Assembly (NCBI GenBank): GCA_043800705.1
Contig: JAZDMS010000040.1
Location: 5,550-69,549 of the forward strand
DNA: 64,000 nt
DNA from: Candidatus Altiarchaeota archaeon
GTDB taxonomy: Archaea > Altiarchaeota > Altiarchaeia > IMC4 > SCGC-AAA252-I15
Direction: 5' to 3'
Position numbers and translations under genes: made by a program. Shown here piece after piece: positions 46,703 to 53,957 of this stretch (position 1 is the first letter of the stretch; the number at the start of each line of letters is the position of its first letter). The notes under the pieces were generated by a model. The model searched no databases and was not told the origin of the DNA. It was given only the letters and a program-made list of their open reading frames with translations.

Positions 46703-47311
46703 ATGGACGACTTCATGAAGAGGAACCGCAGGTTCAGGGACGGATTCGAGGATTTCATGGGCGACGACTTCTTCGCCGAGTTCGAGGGGGAGTTCCGGAG
46801 GATGCAGGATCACATGAGCCACCTCTTCGACGAGGCGCTGAGGAACAACGAGACGGACCATGTCAGGAGGTACGTCTACGGCTTCACGATGCATACCGGC
46901 CCCGACGGGAAGCCGGTCCTGGAGGAGTTCGGCAACGTCCCCAGGCACGGCGAGGACCAGATACCCGGCGAGAGGGAGCCGATGGTCGACGTCATAGACG
47001 GCAGGGACGAGGTCACCGTCATCGCGGAGCTGCCCGGAGTCGACAAGAAGAACATAGACCTTAAGTCGGACGAGACGTCGCTGACGATATCAGTCCGCGA
47101 CCACGCCCGAAGGTACCACAAGGTCCTGGATATGCCGGGGGAGGTCGACCCCGAATCAATAAAGGCCCAGTACAAGAACGGCATACTCGAAGTCAAGCTG
47201 AAGAAGGCCAGGAAGAAGAACGGATCCAAGAGGATAAAGAACGGCATACTCGAAGTCAAGCTGAAGAAGGCCAGGAAGAAGAACGGAACCAAGAGGATAA
47301 AGGTCGAATAG
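46703..47311 (+). CDS. hsp20: Hsp20/alpha-crystallin small heat-shock protein with duplicated C-terminal strand
   Basis: ACD pattern: VDVIDGRDEVTVIAELPGVDKKNIDLKSDETSLTISV......Y.KVLDMPGEVDPESIKAQYKNGILEVKL. Confidence 0.85.
   Translation: MDDFMKRNRRFRDGFEDFMGDDFFAEFEGEFRRMQDHMSHLFDEALRNNETDHVRRYVYGFTMHTGPDGKPVLEEFGNVPRHGEDQIPGEREPMVDVIDGRDEVTVIAELPGVDKKNIDLKSDETSLTISVRDHARRYHKVLDMPGEVDPESIKAQYKNGILEVKLKKARKKNGSKRIKNGILEVKLKKARKKNGTKRIKVE
47177..47302 (+). repeat. Perfect-frame 63-bp tandem duplication inside hsp20 (2 x 21 codons)
   Basis: NGILEVKLKKARKKNG(S/T)KRIK is encoded twice. There is one nt difference (TCC/ACC) in 63. Confidence 0.95.
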
Positions 47312-47341
47312 GGTTTAAAGCCCCGTTGTGTATATTGTTCC

Positions 47342-47772
47342 ATGTCCAAGCTGACGGGAACCGTCGAGGACAAAGGCGGCGGGGCCTGGGTCTGGGTCGC
47401 GGCAGCGGCCGCAGTATCGTTAATTTTCCTGGTGTCAGGGGGGGTAGTGGCTGCGTGGTATCTTGTTTCCACGAGCACCACGACCACGTCCTCGAGCACA
47501 ACGACCTCCTCCTCCGCGTCGACGTCGTCCACGACGTCACGACCTGGTCGACCACCACCACCTCAGTGACGACAACGTCGACCAGCACCACGTTGGCGCC
47601 GATAGAACTGGCTACAACGTCGACCATCTCCCTGAAGTGCGGCGGCCTCTATCAGCGGGCCTGCCAGGGCGGAAAATGCAGCCACGGGCTCGCCCCCGGC
47701 GCCAACAACCTCTGCAGACCCTCTAAAAGCGCATCAAAAGGGCCTAACCCGTTCCTGGACAAGTGGACGTAA
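47342..47772 (+). pseudogene. TM / Thr-Ser stalk / Cys-rich domain protein split by a 1-nt frameshift in the stalk
   Basis: The frame starting at 47342 gives MSKLTGTVEDKGGGAWVWVAAAAAVSLIFLVSGGVVAAWYLVSTSTTTTSSS.. and stops at 47569. The frame ending at 47772 continues ..TTWSTTTTSVTTTSTSTTLAPIE..LKCGGLYQRACQGGKCSHG..NNLC. The switch lies near 47537-47541. Confidence 0.5.
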
Positions 47773-47810
47773 TTGCAGTCACCTGTCTACGGTCTTGGGT
47801 CATGTTGGGT

Positions 47811-47890
47811 GTCTTCGGTTTTCGGTTTTCGGTTTTCCGTTTTCCGTCAAGACTGGAAACTGAGAACTGGAAACTGGGGACTGCGGACCG
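47811..47890 (+). repeat. Heptad-periodic long hairpin element, copy 2
   Basis: CTT (CGGTTTT)3 CCGTTTT CCG-tcaaga-CTG GAAACTG AGAACTG GAAACTG GGGACTG. It shares the core GGTTTTCCGTCAAGACTG.AAACTGAGAACTG with copy 1 and lies between convergent gene ends. Confidence 0.7.
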
Positions 47891-47894
47891 GGGA

Positions 47895-48614
47895 CTATTT
47901 TAGTTTCCGCGCTACGGTCAGGAATCCCGTATGTCCGAGCATTCGCGTGTCAGGGGACATCTTGTCTGCCTTCCAGTCCCTTAGCATGGTCTCAAAGGTC
48001 TCATGGAGCCAGGTGGTGCCCAGCACCTCCACCAGTTGCCTGTTCTGGTTGATGCTCGGCGAGTATGATACGAGTATCCCCCCGACTTTCAGGGCCCCCT
48101 CCAGTTTAGGCACTACGCGCCATGGTTCCGTCAGGTCCAAAAACACGGCGTCGAGGCCCTTCTCGTCTATCCCGTTGTATGTGTCCCTCAGCTCGAGACG
48201 GACGTTCTTGGCGCCGAACCTCTCGAAGTTCTTCTTCGCTATCTGCGCGAAGTCCTCCCTCAACTCGTAGGTGACTACTGTTTCAGGATGCACGATGTGG
48301 CTCAGATAAAGCGTGAAGAGGCCGGAGCCGGTTCCGGACTCGAAGACCCTGCTGCCTGAGCGGATGCCGGAATAGGCGACTGCGAGGCCCATGTCCTTCA
48401 GGGTCATCGCCTGCGGGCCGCGTCGGGCTTTGGAGATGTAATCTAGGATGTTCGGCTCCAGGACCGCGAATTTTATCCCAGTATTAGATTCCAGCACCGC
48501 CCCCGGCTGGGCGGCTGCGATGGCGTCAGCCTTCACGACCCCGTATTTGGTATGGAGGTCGTTTCCGTCGTTGACCAGGTACCTGTCGCCTTTGGAGTCT
48601 ATGAGCAGACGCAT
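47895..48614 (-). CDS. trmI: tRNA (adenine-N1-)-methyltransferase TrmI/Gcd14 family
   Basis: MRLLIDSKGDRYLV.. N-terminal beta domain, FESGTGSGLFTLYL SAM motif, D.VFLDL..PW. Start chosen so that the AT-rich tract at 48615-48678 is intergenic. Confidence 0.75.
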   Translation of the reverse strand: MRLLIDSKGDRYLVNDGNDLHTKYGVVKADAIAAAQPGAVLESNTGIKFAVLEPNILDYISKARRGPQAMTLKDMGLAVAYSGIRSGSRVFESGTGSGLFTLYLSHIVHPETVVTYELREDFAQIAKKNFERFGAKNVRLELRDTYNGIDEKGLDAVFLDLTEPWRVVPKLEGALKVGGILVSYSPSINQNRQLVEVLGTTWLHETFETMLRDWKADKMSPDTRMLGHTGFLTVARKLK

Positions 48615-48678
48615 AGTGAGTATTAGCGTACCTGTTATTTTAAAGCTTTTTTTAACGTAGGTCGCACGATATATTATC

Positions 48679-49623
48679 ATGAGCAGTCAAATGCAGCCTG
48701 TAAGCGGCAATGTCCCCCAGCTTTTTGGTACGCAAGATGTCGATGTCTTCGAGATTTCACAGGGTTCAGCCAAGGCCAGACTCGATCCTCATGGTGCCCT
48801 ATTGAAAAGCTGGGCCGTCGATGGCAGGGAACTGCTCTTTTCGAGTTCGATTCCCACCCACAGGCTTCGCGCCACCCATCCGATCGGCCCCATCTGCGGG
48901 AGGGCTTTCGACCCGGTCACAAGGGTTATAGACGACATTGTCACACTCGAAGGACTGCAGGTCAAACTGCCCCTGCACGGCGGCCTAAGGGAGGCCAATT
49001 GGGAGAGGATCGGAGGGGATAAGGAAGGCAGCGCCGCCCTGGCTCTAGACTATGAAGCGGGCAAACTCGACAACACGCAATATCCGTATGGGAGCAGATG
49101 GAATCAGGTGGTAAGCCTAGACGGGAATAAGCTGACCTGGAGCCTTTCCTTCACCAGCCTTGCCCAAGGCGTCATAGCCCCGGCAGACATGGGTTGCCAC
49201 CTCTATCTTCCTCATAGCGAAGGATTGAAGATACACGGCTTGGACGGCCTGCCCTATAAGAACCTCACCGTCTGGGATGCGCCGGCCGAAGGGACAATCC
49301 GCGGGCCTGGCGCCTTCAGCGATAACGTGAACCGTGACTGGCAGATACGGTTGAAGCCTGAGACGGGAGACCCTGTCAGGGCGGTCGAGATCGAATATCC
49401 CCGGGAAAAATACGGCATAAAGATGAGGCTATTGTCCCCCCGGGCAGACAACATGATCGTATGGTCCAACCCGACATTGGCGACCCAGATCGGGGGCCCG
49501 TTCATCTGCCCCGAGTTCTGGCTTGCAGAACGTAACTCCATCACAAATGGCACAGCGGCTAAAGTCGGATCTAATCAGACCGAAACGCTGGCTTTCGAGA
49601 TGGAATACCTGCCGAAAAAATAA
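48679..49623 (+). CDS. Aldose 1-epimerase-like (galactose mutarotase fold) protein
   Basis: 314 aa and beta-rich. The assignment rests on weak pattern similarity (..HG..R...W........, ..H.Y....) and proximity to the glycogen cluster. Confidence 0.45.
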   Translation: MSSQMQPVSGNVPQLFGTQDVDVFEISQGSAKARLDPHGALLKSWAVDGRELLFSSSIPTHRLRATHPIGPICGRAFDPVTRVIDDIVTLEGLQVKLPLHGGLREANWERIGGDKEGSAALALDYEAGKLDNTQYPYGSRWNQVVSLDGNKLTWSLSFTSLAQGVIAPADMGCHLYLPHSEGLKIHGLDGLPYKNLTVWDAPAEGTIRGPGAFSDNVNRDWQIRLKPETGDPVRAVEIEYPREKYGIKMRLLSPRADNMIVWSNPTLATQIGGPFICPEFWLAERNSITNGTAAKVGSNQTETLAFEMEYLPKK

Positions 49624-49678
49624 AAGACTGTAAGCAGCGCACGATGTTCGTCCATTGTTCCGCGAACGGAATTAATAA

Positions 49679-51916
49679 ATGCGCGGCCTTAATAACTACC
49701 CAATGACCGAAGAATCGTCAGACTATAGCCATTTTGGCGCATATCATAGCAGGGCCGGCCCCCGGGCGGACGCTTTCCTGCTCACCGGAATCGCTATCAT
49801 ATTCGCGGTCTTTGCGTCTTCTGCGTCGGCGGCGTCGACGAATTCCTCGGGATCGAACAGCCTCTTCATACAGATGTGGTCCACCGACCTCGGCGGCGAG
49901 ATCAACGACCTTAAGCTCGTAGACCTCAACAGCGACGGCTCGGGAGAGGTAGTCGCGTCCAGCCTCTACACCTCCTCCTTCGGCAAGAGCGGGACCATAT
50001 TCGGATTGGACGGCCGCGGTCAGCAGGTCTGGAAGTTCCTCGCCGGACTCCTGGAGGATTCATATACTACCGAGCGGGGTTACACCGTCGTGGGTTCCGG
50101 CCCCTACCTCGAGTTCATAGGTCCGAGCGGGCAGGAGGCTTGGAAGCGGGCGACGAGGGTATCTGCTGCGCAGAGCATTACCGCCCAGAAGGTTTATGCG
50201 GCGGACGTCAACGGCGACGGCAAAGACGACGCCCTCGTAGGGACCAGCATGGGGACGAAGGGGGCATCGCTGACCGTCTGGGACAGCGCAGGCGGCGAAT
50301 TGGCGACGATTCCCTTTAAAAACCTGGACACTCCGTCCGCCATCGACGTGGCCGACCTCAGCGGCGACGGCAGGAAGGAGATAATGGTCGGCACCGTCAA
50401 ATACGCCCCTAACACCATCGGTGGCGTGTATCAGGCCGCGCATTCGAAGCCTACAGTATTCTCGGTGTTCACCTCTACGGGTGCGCTCCTCTGGTCGGAC
50501 AACTTCCCGGCATCGGTCACTGCCGTCAAGGCGTGCGACCTGGACGCCGACGGCAACCTGGAAGTCCTTGCGGGAAGCCAGGGTAAATTATCCGCTTACT
50601 CGGTGCAGGGGAAGAGGATGTGGGATGCGAAGATCGACGGGCAGGCCTACTCCATCGACTGCGGAAGCCTTGAAGGCAACAAGACCATGGACGTCGTCGT
50701 GGGGGCTGGCAACGTTTACGCATTCAACGGCGCGACCGGGAAGCAGCTTTGGATGTACGGGTCTGGGACCGCGTTAGCGGTCAAGGTCTACGACTTCGGG
50801 CAGACAGGGACGGCGGATGTCGTAATAGGCACAAGCAGCGTCCGGGTGGTGGACTCCGCAGGCCAGATGGTCTACCGCTCCGAGGCCATGGGCCAGGTGA
50901 CGTCCCTCGGCATCGGAAAGATGGGCAGCCTCCTCGCGATAGTGGCCGGCTCCAAAGACCACCGGGTAAGGGCCATAGACGCATCCGACTATGCGCAGAT
51001 AAAGTCGGCAGACTACTACTACAAGCTCGCGGAGGCGGCCTACAAGGGCAGCGAATACAACCTGACAAGCTATTTCGGGCTACAGGCCAAGGACTACTAC
51101 GAGCTCGGAGGCAAGGCCGAAGGCAAGGTCAAGGCCGCCGCATTGGTCGACAAGGCCATGAAATACTCCAACGGCGACACCTACCGCAACTTCACGTTCT
51201 ATTACTTCGGCATCGGGGACTATGCACAGGCCATCTCATACGCGGACAAGGCGACGGAGGAATACAAGAGGGTGGGGGAGACCAGGAAACTCGACGAGCT
51301 GGCGGATGTGAAGAAGAAGGCCCAGCTGATCCCGAACGCCGAGCTTTACATCAACCAGTCCAGGCGGTTCTTCGATGACGGGATGTACGCAAATGCGAGC
51401 GCATCCGCCGCATCCGCGAAGACCGCATACGTCGCCCTCGGAAACGACGCCCTCGCAAGGGAGGCCTCCGGGATCGCGGAAAAGTCGGCGATCTACATCG
51501 AATTCTACCGGCAGCTGGACGCGGCGTTCCGGTATGCAGAAGCCAACGACCACGGCAACTCCACGCATCACCTCATCCTCGCAAAGGCCGAATACGACAA
51601 GCTCAACGACACGTATCTCCTGCCGCAGTACGAGAACGCGTCGACGATGGCGGGCTTGATAAAGCGCGACAAGGACGTCGTCGTATACGGCGGAATAGGG
51701 GTCGTGGCCCTCATCGTCCTGCTCATAGCCGTGGCCGCCGTCCTCATGATAGTGTACTTCTTCCAGAAGGGCGGGTTTTCCGCGTTCGGGAAAATGCTGG
51801 AAGGCAAGGGCCCCAGGGAAAACAAGTACTCAAGCAGCCCGCAGGACGGTTCGGGAGGCCTCCGGGAGCTGAGGGGCAAACGCGGGGAAAGCATCGGGGA
51901 CTCGTTCAAGCGCTAA
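49679..51916 (+). CDS. FG-GAP/VCBS-like beta-propeller surface protein with helical-repeat region and C-terminal TM anchor
   Basis: Six to seven D.(N/D).DG...(E/D)hhhG motifs (DLNSDGSGEVVAS, DVNGDGKDDALVGT, DLSGDGRKEIMVGT, DLDADGNLEVLAGS..), then TPR-like Y/A-rich helices, then TM VVYGGIGVVALIVLLIAVAAVLMIVYFF. Confidence 0.6.
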   Translation: MRGLNNYPMTEESSDYSHFGAYHSRAGPRADAFLLTGIAIIFAVFASSASAASTNSSGSNSLFIQMWSTDLGGEINDLKLVDLNSDGSGEVVASSLYTSSFGKSGTIFGLDGRGQQVWKFLAGLLEDSYTTERGYTVVGSGPYLEFIGPSGQEAWKRATRVSAAQSITAQKVYAADVNGDGKDDALVGTSMGTKGASLTVWDSAGGELATIPFKNLDTPSAIDVADLSGDGRKEIMVGTVKYAPNTIGGVYQAAHSKPTVFSVFTSTGALLWSDNFPASVTAVKACDLDADGNLEVLAGSQGKLSAYSVQGKRMWDAKIDGQAYSIDCGSLEGNKTMDVVVGAGNVYAFNGATGKQLWMYGSGTALAVKVYDFGQTGTADVVIGTSSVRVVDSAGQMVYRSEAMGQVTSLGIGKMGSLLAIVAGSKDHRVRAIDASDYAQIKSADYYYKLAEAAYKGSEYNLTSYFGLQAKDYYELGGKAEGKVKAAALVDKAMKYSNGDTYRNFTFYYFGIGDYAQAISYADKATEEYKRVGETRKLDELADVKKKAQLIPNAELYINQSRRFFDDGMYANASASAASAKTAYVALGNDALAREASGIAEKSAIYIEFYRQLDAAFRYAEANDHGNSTHHLILAKAEYDKLNDTYLLPQYENASTMAGLIKRDKDVVVYGGIGVVALIVLLIAVAAVLMIVYFFQKGGFSAFGKMLEGKGPRENKYSSSPQDGSGGLRELRGKRGESIGDSFKR

Positions 51917-51950
51917 TATAACCCTAATCCAATTAGCTTAAGGTGATCGT

Positions 51951-52379
51951 ATGGCTCTGAAGGTAAAACGTGCAGCGAAACAAAAAAAGAAATATTTGAA
52001 ATCCAAAGCCAAGCTCAAGAAGCCCCCGAAGAAGGCCCGGATAAGCAAGTCCGACTCCGAGCTGTCCCGCATCGGCCGCGAGCTGAGGCGGGATTCCAGG
52101 CCCGCCATGTTCCGCTCCGGGGGCTCAGAGGACAGCACGTCGAAGCTTGTCAAGCTCGACGCCGAGGCGAGGACCGACAGCATGATGTCATACTACAGGG
52201 ACATGATGTTCCGCTGCGTCAAATGCGACGGGAAATTCGACCACAAGGCGAGCCTTCCCCCGCTTGAGTACGAGCTCAAATGCCCCCACTGCAGCGAAGT
52301 GCACGTGTTGAAGTTCACGCCCGCATCAAACCTTTTCACCGTCCAGTCGAAGACCGTCGACGTCATGGAAAATGTATAA
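51951..52379 (+). CDS. Lys-rich N-terminus plus C-terminal zinc-ribbon protein
   Basis: KRAAKQKKKYLKSKAKLKKPPKKAR.. then CVKCDG..(19)..CPHC. Confidence 0.5.
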   Translation: MALKVKRAAKQKKKYLKSKAKLKKPPKKARISKSDSELSRIGRELRRDSRPAMFRSGGSEDSTSKLVKLDAEARTDSMMSYYRDMMFRCVKCDGKFDHKASLPPLEYELKCPHCSEVHVLKFTPASNLFTVQSKTVDVMENV

Positions 52380-52651
52380 TTAATGTGTGTGGTGTGGGTT
52401 GACCTATTGGAAATCATGTGACTGAAGGGCTTCTTTTTCCTGGTCTTTTTCGGGGGCGGCCTTGCGGTCGGCCTTTTGCAGAAGGTCTATCGCAGGTTGG
52501 CATTCGGGGTGATCTTCCTGGTAATCGCCTATTACCTGGAGGAGATCGCATACGGCCTGTTTTTCCTGGTGAGCACGTTCTTCTCATCCGAGCTCAAGGA
52601 AGTATTCGCCCAGCGGAAGATTACGCTTGATGGCCGCAAAAGGATCCGCAT

Positions 52652-53230
52652 CTAGCCGCCACCGGTCGCCAGTATCCTGCCGCGGCTGACCTGCAGGTCA
52701 GGTCCGTTTTCGGATTCGATCGCGTATCGCGTGACGATATCGTAGGCCACGCCCGCTCCTATGAGTTTGGTCGTGTCGCATCCAGATGCGCTGAGGGATA
52801 TGACCCTGCCGTTGTCGTATCCGATCCTCGCGCATTTTCTCCCAGTCTCGTTGTTTATGACCTCGATGCCTTCGATGGATATCTCCGTCTCGATAACTTT
52901 CAGGAACCTTACCTCCAGCGTCCCCCGGTCGATGTCGGCTTCGGTCCCGATCGGCTGCAGTACGTTGAATCCGCTGGCCTTCGTCCCGGAGCGTCCTGCG
53001 GAGTCGATTGTTGGGGGCGGTTCTACGTAAATGGTGGTGGTTGTCGGGGCTGCGGGGATCGGAGCCATCTGATTCTTGGCCGCGAAGCCGGTGGGCGGGT
53101 CGATGGGGGATGCCACTTGGATGCCCAGTGCGTATGCGAGGATGAACATGATGGCGAAATAGGACAATGTGAACCTGTACGGGACTCTAAGGTTGGAATA
53201 GTACGGGAACTTCGGATTCCTTGCAGGCAT
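52652..53230 (-). CDS. Hypothetical N-terminally anchored extracytoplasmic protein
   Basis: TM FTLSYFAIMFILAYALGI followed by a Pro/Thr linker and a beta-rich domain. Confidence 0.45.
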   Translation of the reverse strand: MPARNPKFPYYSNLRVPYRFTLSYFAIMFILAYALGIQVASPIDPPTGFAAKNQMAPIPAAPTTTTIYVEPPPTIDSAGRSGTKASGFNVLQPIGTEADIDRGTLEVRFLKVIETEISIEGIEVINNETGRKCARIGYDNGRVISLSASGCDTTKLIGAGVAYDIVTRYAIESENGPDLQVSRGRILATGGG

Positions 53231-53318
53231 AAGTTATCCCTGGAAAGACAGACATATATACTGTACAATGTTCATTTTGTCTAGGTATCAAAATAGAGTT
53301 TCGCGTTTTTTATGAGGC

Positions 53319-53445
53319 CAAATTCGCCGCATCGAATTTGACATACTGCGGCTTTGAAGCCGCAGCCGATATACTTTTCGAAATATAATGCCAAAATCGC
53401 GCGTAACGCATTTTGATGTTACCGAATTCGTCTGGGACGAATTCG
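53319..53445. other. Cluster of four consecutive Watson-Crick hairpins in a 244-bp intergenic region
   Basis: CAAATTCG-ccgcat-CGAATTTG (53319-53340), CTGCGGC-tttgaa-GCCGCAG (53346-53365), CAAAAT(c)GCG-cgtaa-CGCATTTTG (53392-53415), and CGAATTCGTC-tgg-GACGAATTCG (53423-53445). Confidence 0.8.
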
Positions 53446-53474
53446 TCATATCGCACCCTTCAGTGTGTGATATT

Positions 53475-53927
53475 TTATTCAATGAGGGGTCTGGCTGCGC
53501 ACCTTCTCCACGTAGGCGGATTCTCGAATACTGCGGTGAATCTGCTGCTCTCCCCCGGTCCAAGGCTTTCCTTCTCTATGAGCCTCATCCCGCCTGCAAC
53601 CATCGTCCCTGTCTCATCCTGCAATTGGACTGCCAGATAGAACTGTCCGGAGGAGCCGTTGCCCCTATTGGTCACGTATCCTGCGACCATCGTGTTGTTG
53701 TAGTCGTCTTCGTCGCAGCCGGCTATGAAAAGTGTCAGGTCGCGGGCGCCGGCGTGCGCTGTAATATTCGCAGGCTGGCTCGCATCAGGTAATTTGGTGT
53801 CGGCTGTTGTGGATGTCGATGTCGAGGGGAGGGGGGGCAATCCCGGGGCGGTATTCTGCCCGACCTCGCTGCCCATGCAGCCTGCGATCATCAGGAATGC
53901 CAAGAGACACATCGGCATTTTTTCCAT
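53475..53927 (-). CDS. Lipoprotein-like secreted protein (FxLYD-type beta domain)
   Basis: MEKMPMCLLAFLMIAGC lipobox-like sequence, S/T/P linker, ..GYVTNRGNGSSGQFYLAVQLQDETGT..... Confidence 0.5.
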   Translation of the reverse strand: MEKMPMCLLAFLMIAGCMGSEVGQNTAPGLPPLPSTSTSTTADTKLPDASQPANITAHAGARDLTLFIAGCDEDDYNNTMVAGYVTNRGNGSSGQFYLAVQLQDETGTMVAGGMRLIEKESLGPGESSRFTAVFENPPTWRRCAARPLIE

Positions 53928-53957
53928 GATTATTACATTTCCCAGCGGATTTATTAA

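Noticed and set aside
52418-52630. The track ORF of 70 aa has a GTG start. An alternative frame encodes a hydrophobic peptide (..FFFLVFFGGGLAVGLLQKVYRRLAFGVIFLVIAYYLEEIAYGLFFLVSTFF..).
   Set aside because: The listed frame has an implausible composition. The hydrophobic frame lacks an ATG, GTG or TTG start before its first helix. Neither could be supported well enough to call.
53288-53563. A 91-aa minus-strand ORF spans the hairpin-rich spacer.
   Set aside because: It overlaps the 3' end of the lipoprotein-like gene in another frame and runs through palindromic sequence. It is most likely spurious.
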